Under the pieces are notes generated by a model. That model saw only the letters and a list, made by a program, of their open reading frames with translations, was not told where the DNA came from and made no database searches. From assembly GCA_965223825.1 (NCBI GenBank), contig OZ245018.1, forward strand, positions 2,012,272 to 2,076,271: a stretch of DNA of 64,000 nt. Reading direction: 5' to 3'. Position numbers and translations under genes: made by a program. This stretch comes from Gammaproteobacteria bacterium. Its GTDB lineage: Bacteria > Pseudomonadota > Gammaproteobacteria > CAJXQU01. Below, piece after piece: positions 21,253 through 32,212 of the stretch (the stretch's first letter is position 1; each line of letters begins with the position of its first letter).

Positions 21253-24200
21253 TTCCGATCTTAACCATCGTGGCATCATCCCTTGGTTTGCAACCAATCC
21301 TGTCGCTGCAAATTTATTATTAATGCTGGTGATCGCGCTGGGTGTTTTACAAATTAAAAACACACAAAAAGAAGCTTTTCCCAGTATGGAACCGGACAGC
21401 TTAACGATTTCCGTTGAATACATTAGTGGTTCAGCGCAGCAATCAGAAGAAGGGATTGCGACTAAAATTGAAGATCAACTCGAAGGGTTGATGGGTATTA
21501 AAACCATCACCAGCACATCAACGGGTACGGGTGTCACCGTCACGATTGAAAAACAAAGTGAATATGATCTGGATGTGTTGTTTCGAGATGTTAAAACCCG
21601 CGTTGATGGGATCTCCACTTTCCCAACCGAAGCGCGGAACCCTGTCATTGAAAAAGCCGAACGTGAAGAACACTCGTTATGGATTCAATTACATGGTGAT
21701 ACTGATCGCTATACGTTACAGCGTTTAGCCGATAATTTAAAAACTGATCTTCTCGCACATTCTGATATAAGCAGCGTGACGGTTTCGGGTTGGCTGGATC
21801 CGATGATGGTCATTGAAATCAACGAGACGCAACTGCAAGCGTATGGTCTGACCCTATCGGATGTTGAAGATATTGTGAATCAATATTCAAGCAATACAAA
21901 AACGGCCGTGTTGCGCAATGAACAAACTTACTTACAGCTCAAAGCCTCAGAACAAGCGTATTTAAAAGAAGACTTTGCTGCAATCCCACTCTTAGCGACC
22001 AACAGTGGCGAAAGTATTTTACTCGGCGATATTGCTGATATTCGTGATACTTATGATGACTCGACATCATCACTTTCGCTATTCCAAGGAGAAGCCAGCG
22101 TTGGCCTGCAAGTCATCACCAAAGGCAAAGATGACATTAGTCGTTCTGTCGCCAGTGCGCGTGAAGTGATTCAAGACTGGGAAAATAACGGCCGACTTCC
22201 TGCAAATGTTGAAATGAGTACCTGGTACGACCGCAGTGTCTCGATTACGCAGCGGCTTCAACTTCTGGTCAAAAATGCTGGCACCGGAATTTTATTGGTC
22301 TTTTTATTATTAGCGATTTTTCTCAATTTACGTGTCGCATTTTGGGTTGCAGCGGGGTTACCGTTTATTTTTTTCGGCACCATCTATTTTATGGGCGAAA
22401 ATTTCGTCGGTCTCAGTTTAAATGAGTTCACCACCTTCGGCTTCATAATGGCGCTGGGTATTGTTGTTGATGATGCTGTTGTTGTTGGTGAAAGTGTTTA
22501 TGCAGTGCGACGTGAAAAAGGTGACACGCTTGAAAGTACGATCGAAGGTACGATGCGTGTTGCGCTGCCCACCTTATTTGGTGTCTTCACAACCATCGCT
22601 GCATTTTTAGCGTTATCACAAATTAGTGGCCGTTTAGGCCATCTTTATAGTCAGTTTGCAGCCATCGTTGCCATCTGTTTAACGCTATCCATTATTGAAT
22701 CGAAATTAATATTACCCGCACATTTAGCGCATTTAAAAACACAGATAACGCCAGGTAAAAACCCACTTTCACGTTTATGGTCTGCTATTCAAACAGGGGC
22801 GGATAATGGTCTTAAATGGCTCACCGAAAGTATTTATTTACCGGTAATGCATCAAGCACTCAAACACCGTTACGCCGTTATCATGCTTTTCTTAAGTATT
22901 TTTATTTTAGTTATGAGTATGCCGTTTACAGGTGTCGTGAGAATGAGTTTTTTCCCATCTATTCCGGGCGAAACCGTTCGCGCTGAACTGACCATGCAGA
23001 ATGATGCAAGCGTCGGGCAAACTCATCGAAACTTACTCTTAATGGAAAACAAAGCGATCGAGCTTGATCGCACTTTGCGTGATAACAACAAAACTGATCA
23101 GGACGCTGGCGAATCAAATATCAAGAACTTACAGATCTTATCCGAAGCGGATCAAAGCGGACGTGTGACTGTCGAATTAGTTGATGACGTGCCTTACGAT
23201 ATAACAACATTTACACGTGAATGGCGAAAAAGTATTGGCTTACTTGAAGGGGCACGAACGATACGTATTCAAGAACGTCGTGGATCCGTTGATGCGCTTC
23301 GCATAGAGTTACGTGCTTCGGATGACGATGTTTTAAGTGCCGCCGGTGAAACCTTACGCAAGCAACTTAAACAAGTCCCCGCCGTCAGTGGTATTGAAGA
23401 TAATCTCTCACCAGGGCAACCGCAATTACACCTCAAATTAAATGCCCAAGGTGAAGCGCTTGGCTTGACGACCGACCAACTCGCGACACAAGTCCTGCAA
23501 GCATTTAATGGGCAAATCGTACAGCGCTATCAACGCAACCGCGATGAAATTGAAGTAAAAGTACGCTATCCAGAAGAAGATCGACAAAACCCGTTTGACG
23601 TGATCAAAGCCAAAGTCCGCACGCCAGACGGGAATGTCGTGTCCCTCACCAGCGTTGCCACTGTCACCTCAGGTTATACACGTGAAACGATTACGCGAAT
23701 TGATAACCAACGCGCTGTCTATCTCGCGGCGGATATGGATAAAGATCTGCTCTCACCGATGGAATTAGTCGCACAACTAAAACGCGATGTCATCCCCTCA
23801 CTGCAAAAGCAATACCCTGGCTTGGGCGTACATTTCGCTGGCGAAGCACAAGAGCAAGCTGAAACGGCATCTTCCATGGAAGAAAAATTCGCCCTCGCCA
23901 TGCTGGTTATTTACATGTTGCTGGCGATTCCACTGAAATCATACACACAACCGATCATCATAATGATGGCGATCCCATTTGGTGTAGTTGGTGCCGTACT
24001 TGGCCATTGGATGAACGATCTGTCCCTCGGTATTTTATCCTTCAACGGCATCATTGCCCTAAGCGGTGTGGTCGTCAATGACAGTTTATTATTGGTATCG
24101 CGTTTTAATGAACTTCAGAAAAAAATGGATAACATCGAAGACGCCATTCGACAAGCAGGACGCGATCGTCTTCGTGCCGTGTTACTCACCTCTTTTACCA

Positions 24201-24418
24201 CCTTCGCAGGTTTAATGCCGCTGCTGGGTGAGACAGAACGACAAGCACAATTTTTAATCCCAGCCGCCGTTTCATTATCCTACGGGATTATGTTTGCGAC
24301 CGTGATCACATTGATACTTATCCCCACCCTATTGTTAATACAGCAAGATATCCGAAAAGGACTAAACTCTGCAGGACGATGGTTGCTGACAAACCAAGGA
24401 GATTCAAAACCATGTTAA
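21245..24418 (+). CDS. RND family efflux transporter permease (AcrB/CzcA superfamily).
   Basis: It is 1057 aa with a 12-TM topology and two large periplasmic loops. Conserved TM4-like segments include GIVVDDAVVVGE and VVNDSLLLVSRF. Confidence 0.9.
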   Translation: MSNSDLNHRGIIPWFATNPVAANLLLMLVIALGVLQIKNTQKEAFPSMEPDSLTISVEYISGSAQQSEEGIATKIEDQLEGLMGIKTITSTSTGTGVTVTIEKQSEYDLDVLFRDVKTRVDGISTFPTEARNPVIEKAEREEHSLWIQLHGDTDRYTLQRLADNLKTDLLAHSDISSVTVSGWLDPMMVIEINETQLQAYGLTLSDVEDIVNQYSSNTKTAVLRNEQTYLQLKASEQAYLKEDFAAIPLLATNSGESILLGDIADIRDTYDDSTSSLSLFQGEASVGLQVITKGKDDISRSVASAREVIQDWENNGRLPANVEMSTWYDRSVSITQRLQLLVKNAGTGILLVFLLLAIFLNLRVAFWVAAGLPFIFFGTIYFMGENFVGLSLNEFTTFGFIMALGIVVDDAVVVGESVYAVRREKGDTLESTIEGTMRVALPTLFGVFTTIAAFLALSQISGRLGHLYSQFAAIVAICLTLSIIESKLILPAHLAHLKTQITPGKNPLSRLWSAIQTGADNGLKWLTESIYLPVMHQALKHRYAVIMLFLSIFILVMSMPFTGVVRMSFFPSIPGETVRAELTMQNDASVGQTHRNLLLMENKAIELDRTLRDNNKTDQDAGESNIKNLQILSEADQSGRVTVELVDDVPYDITTFTREWRKSIGLLEGARTIRIQERRGSVDALRIELRASDDDVLSAAGETLRKQLKQVPAVSGIEDNLSPGQPQLHLKLNAQGEALGLTTDQLATQVLQAFNGQIVQRYQRNRDEIEVKVRYPEEDRQNPFDVIKAKVRTPDGNVVSLTSVATVTSGYTRETITRIDNQRAVYLAADMDKDLLSPMELVAQLKRDVIPSLQKQYPGLGVHFAGEAQEQAETASSMEEKFALAMLVIYMLLAIPLKSYTQPIIIMMAIPFGVVGAVLGHWMNDLSLGILSFNGIIALSGVVVNDSLLLVSRFNELQKKMDNIEDAIRQAGRDRLRAVLLTSFTTFAGLMPLLGETERQAQFLIPAAVSLSYGIMFATVITLILIPTLLLIQQDIRKGLNSAGRWLLTNQGDSKPC

Positions 24419-25098
24419 ATGTAATGTTGATCGAAGACGACATTGATTTGGCGCAAACCATTGTTCAATACCTCGAGCTAGAAGATATTAATTGCGATCA
24501 TGCTGCTAATGGCATGTCAGGGCTCGAATTGATCCAGCACGAAAATTACGATGTGATCATTCTCGATATTAACTTGCCACGCATGGATGGCTACACGGTG
24601 TGTCAGACCTTGCGTGAACAAGGTAATGATACCTCGGTGATCATGTTGACTGCGCGTGATCAACTTGATGATAAGCTCGAAGGTTTTGAAGCTGGAACGG
24701 ATGATTTCTTAGTCAAACCATTCGAAATGAAAGAACTGATCGTTCGTTTACATGCGCTCTCTCGACGTCGCAGTGGTCAAGCTAAACGGTTAAAATTCGC
24801 CGATCTGGAAATGAATGTACGAAAACGCATCGTTACTCGCGCTGGAAAAGAGTTACATTTATCACCGACATGCTGGAAGTTACTAGAAGTCTTAATTCGA
24901 ACAGCCCCAGCGGTCATCTCAAGACAGGACTTAATGGAATCGGTTTGGGGTGAGGATTTACCAGACAGTAATAGTCTGCACGTACATTTATTTAATTTGC
25001 GCAAAGCCGTCGATAGCCCATATTCGACAACACTAATCCATACAATCCCAGGCCATGGTTTTGTATTAAAAGAGCAAAAGAATGAAGCCAAAGATTAG
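24412..25098 (+). CDS. OmpR-family response regulator (REC domain plus winged helix).
   Basis: An AGGAG RBS is present and the ATG overlaps the RND stop. The REC signature is MLIEDDIDLA...IILDINLPRMDGY. The C-terminal wHTH reads LSPTCWKLLEVLI...LRKAV. Confidence 0.85.
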   Translation: MLNVMLIEDDIDLAQTIVQYLELEDINCDHAANGMSGLELIQHENYDVIILDINLPRMDGYTVCQTLREQGNDTSVIMLTARDQLDDKLEGFEAGTDDFLVKPFEMKELIVRLHALSRRRSGQAKRLKFADLEMNVRKRIVTRAGKELHLSPTCWKLLEVLIRTAPAVISRQDLMESVWGEDLPDSNSLHVHLFNLRKAVDSPYSTTLIHTIPGHGFVLKEQKNEAKD

Positions 25099-26380
25099 CC
25101 TTAAATGGCTGCTAGCCATACTGATCCCAAGTTTACTGATCGCGATAGTGTTCGGTTACTCCATGATCAGTGCAAATTATTTTGTACGCGGAATGGACAA
25201 TATCATCTCCGCAAATATGGCACGTGCGGCTGAGACATATATCCAAACCGTATCAAATGATCAACGAACGAAAGTTAACGAATTCAGTGGTTATACGATG
25301 TCGCCGAGTTGGGACGATTTGCCAAAATCAATGACTGAGAATTTTAATCACGCTCCCAAAGTTTCTGGTGACTTTCTAAAATATGATCCTTCTGGTCTGC
25401 TCGATCGACCCGATAAATTGGTATTCATTTTGTTATACGGCGAGCACAAAGGTCAGCCAGTGGAACCAATATATATCGCCCGTGTATTAACCGCGAAAGA
25501 AGCGCTACCTATGGTCGGACGAAATATAAACCATAATATGTATCGTTTAATCATCTATAGCAGTATCGTGGTATTAGCAGTCTGTGGATTACTTTGGATT
25601 GTGTATCGCCGTATTTCACAACCGGTTAAAGGCTTGTATCAATGGACGCGCAGTTTGGACAAAGATAATTTACAAACCGACGTGCCAGATTTTTCATATC
25701 CAGAATTAAATGGTTTAGCACAGCTCATTCAACAGAGTTTCTATTCAGTAAATGAAAGCTTAGAACGTGAGCAACGCTTTTTACGTCACGCCAGTCACGA
25801 ACTGCGCACACCGATCAGCGTTATTCGCAGTAATATTGAACTCGCTAGAAAGATCAATAGCAAAGAGAATAACTTCAACGCTGCTTGTCCTGAGGCACAA
25901 ATTGTTGATCGTATTGATCGTGCAAGTTTAACCATGAAGCATTTAACTGAAACCTTGCTCTGGTTAAATCGCGATAAAGAAGATGAAGTGTTAGCAAAAG
26001 TCACGATACCGCTTGATCAAACGGTCGAAAACTTAGTTGAAGAAATGCGTTACTTATTAAACGATAAATCAATTGAATTAACCGTCGATACATCACCCTA
26101 TCAAATCGAGAACGCAGAACAACCTACTCGGATCGTGATCGGAAACTTAATCAGAAACGCCTTTCAACACACTTGGGAAGGCCGTATTTTTATTCGTCAA
26201 GAAAATAATCAGATCAGTATAGAAAACACCTTGAGTAAAACAGAAGAAACGCAAAAGGATCTTGGCTTTGGCTTAGGACTAAAACTGATCGATCAACTAA
26301 CTCAGAAACTTGGTTGGGCATATAAAAAATCAACAAATGATGAAACCTACTCTGTCACCGTCACGATTGGATCCGCATAA
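25082..26380 (+). CDS. Sensor histidine kinase, partner of the OmpR-type regulator.
   Basis: It has two TM segments flanking a periplasmic domain. The H-box is LRHASHELRTPISVIRSNIELA. A C-terminal HATPase_c region is present. Confidence 0.8.
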   Translation: MKPKISLKWLLAILIPSLLIAIVFGYSMISANYFVRGMDNIISANMARAAETYIQTVSNDQRTKVNEFSGYTMSPSWDDLPKSMTENFNHAPKVSGDFLKYDPSGLLDRPDKLVFILLYGEHKGQPVEPIYIARVLTAKEALPMVGRNINHNMYRLIIYSSIVVLAVCGLLWIVYRRISQPVKGLYQWTRSLDKDNLQTDVPDFSYPELNGLAQLIQQSFYSVNESLEREQRFLRHASHELRTPISVIRSNIELARKINSKENNFNAACPEAQIVDRIDRASLTMKHLTETLLWLNRDKEDEVLAKVTIPLDQTVENLVEEMRYLLNDKSIELTVDTSPYQIENAEQPTRIVIGNLIRNAFQHTWEGRIFIRQENNQISIENTLSKTEETQKDLGFGLGLKLIDQLTQKLGWAYKKSTNDETYSVTVTIGSA

Positions 26381-26412
26381 CGCTCGCTCTAAACATTCTG
26401 CTAGTTAACGTT

Positions 26413-27024
26413 CTAACTCAGGTACGTATTGTGTAATGTTTTAAACCAAGTAAAAAGTTTGGGGTGATCGCTTGTCACCCCAACAGCGTATTTTTCAGCA
26501 AGCACAAAGCGAGGTAACAATGCCGTATCTGCCCAAGAAAAGCCTGCTTTAAAAAAACTCTCACTCGACTCAATCTTGTTTTCTAAATAATCGAGCGTGT
26601 TGTTCCATTCAACTTCGCCATCTGAAATACGATCACGATCCCATTCGTTTTCCGCTTTCGATCGTTTTTCGAAAATCACCTCACGCAAACCACGACCCGC
26701 AATCTGATTACTGTAAATGGCTAATTGACGTATTTGATGTCGCTCGGCCAACGTACCAGGTAATAGGCTTTGACCTGCTGTCACAGCATGATCTTGTAAA
26801 TAGAGCATGATCGAGACCGAATCCCAAATCGTTTCACCCGTTTCGTCGTTTAATAAAATGGGTAAGGTTGTTTGTGGAGCCAACTTACGCAATGCGGCAT
26901 GATCAACGTCTTTTTTCTCAAGTAAATCGTATTGAATATTAAGATAAGACAAGGCAATTTTAACTTGCCAGCAAAATGGACAGTCGTATTTTGAGTAAAG
27001 TGTAAATGTCACAATAATGATCAA
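26413..27024 (-). CDS. Glutaredoxin 2-like protein (GST fold with an N-terminal CPFC redox motif).
   Basis: It is 203 aa. The CPFC motif sits at residues 15-18 and a GST-like C-terminal domain follows. Confidence 0.65.
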   Translation of the reverse strand: MIIIVTFTLYSKYDCPFCWQVKIALSYLNIQYDLLEKKDVDHAALRKLAPQTTLPILLNDETGETIWDSVSIMLYLQDHAVTAGQSLLPGTLAERHQIRQLAIYSNQIAGRGLREVIFEKRSKAENEWDRDRISDGEVEWNNTLDYLENKIESSESFFKAGFSWADTALLPRFVLAEKYAVGVTSDHPKLFTWFKTLHNTYLS

Positions 27025-27050
27025 CTCTGATTTTGTTTAAAAAATACACA

Positions 27051-27644
27051 CTAAATTCTACGCGCACGCAGCTCATCAAGGTGTTCGTGTACAAAATCGA
27101 TCCGATCATTTCCCCAAAAGATCGCTTCACCAATAACAAACGTCGGCACGCCAAAAACGCCTAAACTGTCCGCTTCCGCCTTATTCGCTGCTAGTGTATT
27201 TTTATACGCCTCTGACTGTAATGCATTCAGCATGTCATTTTTACCCAGGCCAACCTTTTCACCGACATCTAAAATAACCTGCTCTTCACCAATATCTAAA
27301 CCGTAAGACCACTCTGCCCGCATCATCTCAACAATGTAATCTCGTAATACATCCTGCTCCTGCGCAAGTAAGGAGACGAGCCCAGCATGGGTTGGATCCG
27401 TTGTAAGCGGTGGAGGATTAAGCGGTACACCCATTCGGCGCGCCCAACGCGCAACGTCTTGACGGGTTAAGGGAATTTTTATCTTGGCACGTTCTGGTGC
27501 TGAGCGCCCATCCCAGCCACCAAATGGACGCCAGATCAGGTTCGTGTGATAGTCATCGAAGATACTCCAAAGCCGTTTCGATGCCAGATAACAATACGGA
27601 CTCCGAAAGTTGAAAAAAAGTTTAACATCTACCGACTCGTTCAA
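27051..27644 (-). CDS. DsbA-like thioredoxin-fold protein of the 2-hydroxychromene-2-carboxylate isomerase family.
   Basis: It has the N-terminal motif FNFRSPYCYLA, which is the SPYC-type active site. It is 197 aa. Confidence 0.7.
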   Translation of the reverse strand: MNESVDVKLFFNFRSPYCYLASKRLWSIFDDYHTNLIWRPFGGWDGRSAPERAKIKIPLTRQDVARWARRMGVPLNPPPLTTDPTHAGLVSLLAQEQDVLRDYIVEMMRAEWSYGLDIGEEQVILDVGEKVGLGKNDMLNALQSEAYKNTLAANKAEADSLGVFGVPTFVIGEAIFWGNDRIDFVHEHLDELRARRI

Positions 27645-27766
27645 AATTTATTTCTCCCAAAATAGGTGTATTATCAAATGATTAATTCAATACTAATGCA
27701 ATATCATATGCTTGATAACAATCATCAATAGCAAAACACTTATGAATAATATTCACAGGATGTGTT

Positions 27767-28660
27767 ATGGATAAAATGACGGAGATGAGCGTCTTTGTCG
27801 AAGTCGCCCGCAGTGATAGTTTTTCCTCTGCAGCACGTCGTTTACGGTTGTCGCCCTCCTCTGTCAGTAAAATCATCACACGCCTCGAAAGCCGACTCGG
27901 TGTCCGTTTATTCAACCGCACCACACGCACATTACACTTAACTGAAAGTGGTGAATTATTTTTTAGTCAATGCCTGGATATTCTTGATAAAGTTGATCAA
28001 GCTGAAGATTTAATCGCGAAAGAAACTCACGCCCCGAAAGGAATATTAACCATAAATTGCTCGCCTGGTTTTGCGAAATATCAACTTGCAAGTAAGATTC
28101 CGGCCTTTCTTGATCAACATCCCGAACTGGAACTCAACGTCCAATTAAACGGCGAACAGATTGATCTGATCAAAGCCGATGTGGACCTCGCGATCAGACT
28201 CGGCCCTCTACAAGACTCTAACCTAATCGCTCGAAAACTTGGGGAATGTCGTCGCGTCGTCTGTGCTAGCCCTGCTTATTTAAAAAAATATGGCGAGCCA
28301 GAATTACCCGCTGATCTGAAAAAACATAACTGCTTATCGATCTCAACGAATGTGTCTTTTAATCACTGGAACTTCACTGTCGGACGACGCAAACGAACCA
28401 TTTCTGTTAACGGAAACGTCGTGACGGATAATGTCGACTTACTACGCGATTTGGCCTTAAAGGGCTTGGGTATTGTGCGATTATCTGAATTCATGATCGG
28501 GAAAGATTTACAAAAAGGAAAACTCATACCGATCTTGTCAAAATACAATAACGAAATGCAGTACGTACATCTTGTTTATCCTCACCGCCAACAACTACCA
28601 ATAAAAACTAAAATTTTCATCGAGTACTTAGTCGAGACCTTCCAAAATAATAACTGGTAA
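27767..28660 (+). CDS. LysR-family transcriptional regulator.
   Basis: It has an N-terminal HTH (FSSAARRLRLSPSSVSKIITRLE) and a LysR substrate-binding domain. It is divergent from the redox genes. Confidence 0.85.
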   Translation: MDKMTEMSVFVEVARSDSFSSAARRLRLSPSSVSKIITRLESRLGVRLFNRTTRTLHLTESGELFFSQCLDILDKVDQAEDLIAKETHAPKGILTINCSPGFAKYQLASKIPAFLDQHPELELNVQLNGEQIDLIKADVDLAIRLGPLQDSNLIARKLGECRRVVCASPAYLKKYGEPELPADLKKHNCLSISTNVSFNHWNFTVGRRKRTISVNGNVVTDNVDLLRDLALKGLGIVRLSEFMIGKDLQKGKLIPILSKYNNEMQYVHLVYPHRQQLPIKTKIFIEYLVETFQNNNW

Positions 28661-28664
28661 AAGA

Positions 28665-29270
28665 TCAAACCTCATGCTTACCCGCTGTCCAACCTTTATC
28701 CGCTAACAGTTCCGTCGCGATCGACAACGGCTCCTCTTCTAACGGCGTTGCCATCGAATCATTCCATCGATTAAAAAAACCGAACATACCGACCACACCA
28801 AGGATCTCGACAATCTGATCATCCGCCCAATAACTAGCGAGTTTTTCATATAACTCATCCGTCACCGCATTCGGTGAGGACGCTGCCGCTAAGGCAAAAT
28901 CCAATGCAACACGCTCTTTATCTGAAAACAATGGATTACTTGAATATTCATAGATAGCAGACATTTTCTCATCACTAATTCCTAATCGCGTGGCGCTCAC
29001 TGACGTATGCGCTTTGCAATACAAACAACCCGACGCATGACTAGCGATATGTGCAACAAGACGCTTAAAACCTAAATCGACATGACTGTCCGGTGCAAAA
29101 ACCGCCTTATTCATTTGAATCACCGCTAACGCGATCGCAGGGACGCGTTGCATCGTAAGCAAACTGTTAGGAACAAAACCCAATGTATTAACAAAATGAT
29201 CAAACGCCACTTTAAGATCATCATTCTGACAATCATCGATAGTTAATGGTGACATACGACTCATACTCAA
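28665..29270 (-). CDS. AhpD-like protein of the carboxymuconolactone decarboxylase family (peroxidase-related).
   Basis: It contains the motif CLYCKAHT, a CxxC..H signature typical of the AhpD-like core. Confidence 0.65.
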   Translation of the reverse strand: MSMSRMSPLTIDDCQNDDLKVAFDHFVNTLGFVPNSLLTMQRVPAIALAVIQMNKAVFAPDSHVDLGFKRLVAHIASHASGCLYCKAHTSVSATRLGISDEKMSAIYEYSSNPLFSDKERVALDFALAAASSPNAVTDELYEKLASYWADDQIVEILGVVGMFGFFNRWNDSMATPLEEEPLSIATELLADKGWTAGKHEV

Positions 29271-29417
29271 CTCCTCCTGTTTTTTTACATCATATAAACA
29301 GCGGCATTAATTACATAGAGGAATAAAATAAAAACACTTGTGAAATTAATTCATAAAATAAAGCATGCAAACACTTAAACAGTGGCGGATAGATCAACCA
29401 ATAATGTTATCTAATTA

Positions 29418-29885
29418 TTGTTCAGAAAGTCAGAATTAGCACTGCCTTGGGTTAATAAGTATGAAAGAAGTAAAGTAAAAATAAAAGGACGGGAAGTCTG
29501 GCAATATCATTTCGCCGAGGAAGTGTACCCTGACGAGTTAATAAAGCTTTCTGAAGGTAAGTCATATCAAGAAGGTGCATTAAAGAAAGTTACGGTAAAT
29601 AGCTACGAACGTAACCCAAGGGCGAGACAGGAATGTATTCAAATTTATAAAGCTATATGTTCTTGCTGTGGTTTTGACTTTCATTCCGTATACGGAGATA
29701 TTGGATTTGGGTTTATACATGTACACCATATAAAGCCAGTTTCCGAAATAGATGGAGAATATGAGGTAAGTCCAAGGGAAGACTTAAGGCCAGTTTGTCC
29801 TAATTGCCATGCAATGCTTCATCGGAAAACACCTCCTTACAGCATTAATGAAGTTAAAGAATTCATTGAAAAAAATCGTACCTAG
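29418..29885 (+). CDS. HNH endonuclease-domain protein with an unusual N-terminus. It has no in-frame ATG before the domain, so it may use a TTG or GTG start.
   Basis: The motifs CSCCGFDF, GFIHVHHIKP and CPNCHAMLH form the zinc-knuckle and H-N-H core. It is isolated on the + strand between minus-strand genes. Confidence 0.6.
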   Translation: MFRKSELALPWVNKYERSKVKIKGREVWQYHFAEEVYPDELIKLSEGKSYQEGALKKVTVNSYERNPRARQECIQIYKAICSCCGFDFHSVYGDIGFGFIHVHHIKPVSEIDGEYEVSPREDLRPVCPNCHAMLHRKTPPYSINEVKEFIEKNRT

Positions 29886-29895
29886 CAATTGCATT

Positions 29896-29968
29896 CAGCC
29901 GCCCCATTATTGCGACATTTCGTTTGTGGCTATTGCCACAAACCTTACGTCGCAATAATGGTCGGCTG
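29896..29968. repeat. Nested inverted-repeat element. A roughly 20-bp outer stem (CAGCCGCCCCATTATTGCGAC / GTCGCAATAATGGTCGGCTG) encloses an inner 9-bp hairpin (GTTTGTGGC tatt GCCACAAAC).
   Basis: I read it directly from the sequence. It lies just downstream of the HNH gene and the convergent prpC gene. Confidence 0.55.
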
Positions 29969-30152
29969 ATGCTGGGCATTATGTTCCTCTCTAGATACTG
30001 AACAATGGGCGAAAGAGACAGGCAAGCATGGTGAATTCCAAGGAGTGAATTAAGGAGTCAACCAACTAAATCCACTCCAGCAAATGTTTTTACCGTAACC
30101 ACCTGCATTTCAATTAAACCTTACCCGACTAACATAGTTCGAGTTCATTTAT

Positions 30153-31301
30153 TTATTCTCGTTCAGATATCGTTTTAAACGTGAGGTTTTCTGGGCCGGT
30201 ATAATTCGCGCTTGGTCGTATAATTTTGCCATCTTCACGTTGTTCGATAACATGCGCTGCCCAGCCGGAGGTTCTGGAGATTACAAATAATGGGGTGAAC
30301 ATCGCTGTCGGTACATTCATTAATGAATAGGATACGGCGGAGAACCAGTCGAGGTTGGGGAACATTTTTTTCTCTTCCCACATGACGCTTTCGATGCGTT
30401 CTGCGATGTTGTACATCTTCAAATTATTTGCTGCTTCGCCTAATTCTTTTGCGACCGATTTGATCACGCGGTTACGTGGATCACCAGTCGTGTAGACAGG
30501 ATGGCCAAAACCGATCACGATTTCTTTGCGTGCCATGCGTTCACGAATATCCGCTTCTGCTTCATCGGCTTTTGAATATCGTTGTTGAATATCAAACGCG
30601 ACTTCGTTTGCGCCACCATGCTTCGGGCCACGCAGTGCACCGATCGCGCCTGTGATGCAAGAAAACATATCAGAACCTGTTCCGGCGATCACACGTCCGG
30701 TAAATGTGGAGGCATTAAACTCATGTTCTGCATAGAGAATCAATGAAGTATGCATCGCACGAACCCAAAGATCCGATGGCTTCTCACCATGCAATAAATG
30801 CAAGAAATGTCCCCCGATAGAATCGTCATCGGTTTCTACTTCGATGCGTTTTCCATTCACAGAAAAGTGATACCAATACAATAACATTGATCCGAAACAG
30901 GCCATTAAGCGATCCGCAATGTCACGCGCACCAGCCATGTTGTGATCTTCTTTTTCAGGTAATAACGCACCCAGTAGTGAGCAACCAGTGCGTAGAACAT
31001 CCATCGGATGTGCTGATGGTGGAATTTGTTCAAGACCATTTTTTACGGCAACCGGTAAACCGCGCATGCTGCGTAATTTTGTTTTGTACGCATCAAGTTC
31101 TGCTTGGACGGGTAATTGCCCATGCACTAATAAATAGGCAATTTCTTCAAACTCACATGTCTCAGAAATATCAAGAATGTCATAACCACGATAATGCAGA
31201 TCATTACCTGTTAGACCAACAGTACACAGCGCTGTATTTCCCGCAGCAGTGCCACTTAATGCGACGGATTTTTTTGCTTTTGGTTTGTTTTCTTGTGTCA
31301 T
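30153..31301 (-). CDS. prpC: 2-methylcitrate synthase.
   Basis: It belongs to the citrate synthase family. The N-terminus, [29 protein letters not shown], is typical of PrpC, and the gene sits directly downstream of prpB. I moved the start to the ATG that avoids overlap with prpB. Confidence 0.85.
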   Translation of the reverse strand: MTQENKPKAKKSVALSGTAAGNTALCTVGLTGNDLHYRGYDILDISETCEFEEIAYLLVHGQLPVQAELDAYKTKLRSMRGLPVAVKNGLEQIPPSAHPMDVLRTGCSLLGALLPEKEDHNMAGARDIADRLMACFGSMLLYWYHFSVNGKRIEVETDDDSIGGHFLHLLHGEKPSDLWVRAMHTSLILYAEHEFNASTFTGRVIAGTGSDMFSCITGAIGALRGPKHGGANEVAFDIQQRYSKADEAEADIRERMARKEIVIGFGHPVYTTGDPRNRVIKSVAKELGEAANNLKMYNIAERIESVMWEEKKMFPNLDWFSAVSYSLMNVPTAMFTPLFVISRTSGWAAHVIEQREDGKIIRPSANYTGPENLTFKTISERE

Positions 31302-31314
31302 TTTCTTTCCCACA

Positions 31315-32211
31315 TTATGCATTTTTTTGATCGAATAATTGATCGAGTTTTTCTTCGTAATCGTGATATCCGAGGTAATCATAGAGATCATCACGTGTCT
31401 GCATTAAATGTAATGCATCGGCTTGTGATCCGGTTTGACGCAGTGTTGAATACACTTTTAATGCTGCGGCATTCATGGCGCGAAAGGCTGATAGTGGATA
31501 CAGCGCCATACTCACTTTCGCCGACGCCAGCTCTTCAGTGGTGAATAATGGCGTCGATCCGAACTCCGTAATATTTGCTAAAACCGGCACGTTGACAGCT
31601 TCAACAAATTGTTCGTACATGGCAAGCTCCGTCATGGCTTCTGGAAAAATCATATCCGCACCTGCTTCGACGCAGGCACAGGCACGATCAATCGCGGCAT
31701 CCAAGCCATCTACTGCGAGTGCGTCGGTGCGCGCCATGATCACGAAATTAGGGTCAGTTTTTGCATCTACAGCAGCTTTAATCCGATCAACCATTTCATC
31801 TTGCGAGACGATTGCCTTATTCGGCCGATGTCCACAACGTTTTTGCTGTACTTGATCTTCGATATGAACCGCCGCCGCACCCGCTTTGATCATCGAACGA
31901 ACCGTGCGTGCAATATTAAAAGCCCCACCCCAACCTGTATCGATATCGACCAGGACGGGCAGATCCGTCACGTCGGTTATTCGCCGAACGTCGATCAATA
32001 CATCTTCCATCGAGGTGATACCCAAGTCTGGTACGCCACACGATCCTGCAGCAACGCCACCACCGGAAATATACAACGCTTTAAAACCTGACGCTTCGGC
32101 GAGGCGTGCGTGATAAGCATTGATCGCACCGACAACTTGTAAGGGACTCTCTTCGTTAACGGCCTGTCTAAAGCGTGATCCTGCTGATGAAATTAGCGGT
32201 GTTTTTGGCAT
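31315..32211 (-). CDS. prpB: 2-methylisocitrate lyase.
   Basis: Motifs [35 protein letters not shown] and the KRCGH catalytic loop are present. Confidence 0.9.
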   Translation of the reverse strand: MPKTPLISSAGSRFRQAVNEESPLQVVGAINAYHARLAEASGFKALYISGGGVAAGSCGVPDLGITSMEDVLIDVRRITDVTDLPVLVDIDTGWGGAFNIARTVRSMIKAGAAAVHIEDQVQQKRCGHRPNKAIVSQDEMVDRIKAAVDAKTDPNFVIMARTDALAVDGLDAAIDRACACVEAGADMIFPEAMTELAMYEQFVEAVNVPVLANITEFGSTPLFTTEELASAKVSMALYPLSAFRAMNAAALKVYSTLRQTGSQADALHLMQTRDDLYDYLGYHDYEEKLDQLFDQKNA

Positions 32212-32212
32212 A

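Noticed and set aside
27681-27697. ATTAATTCAATACTAAT in the LysR divergent promoter, a possible LysR-type T-N11-A box.
   Set aside because: The match is weak and the region is generally AT-rich. I could not distinguish it from background without comparative data.
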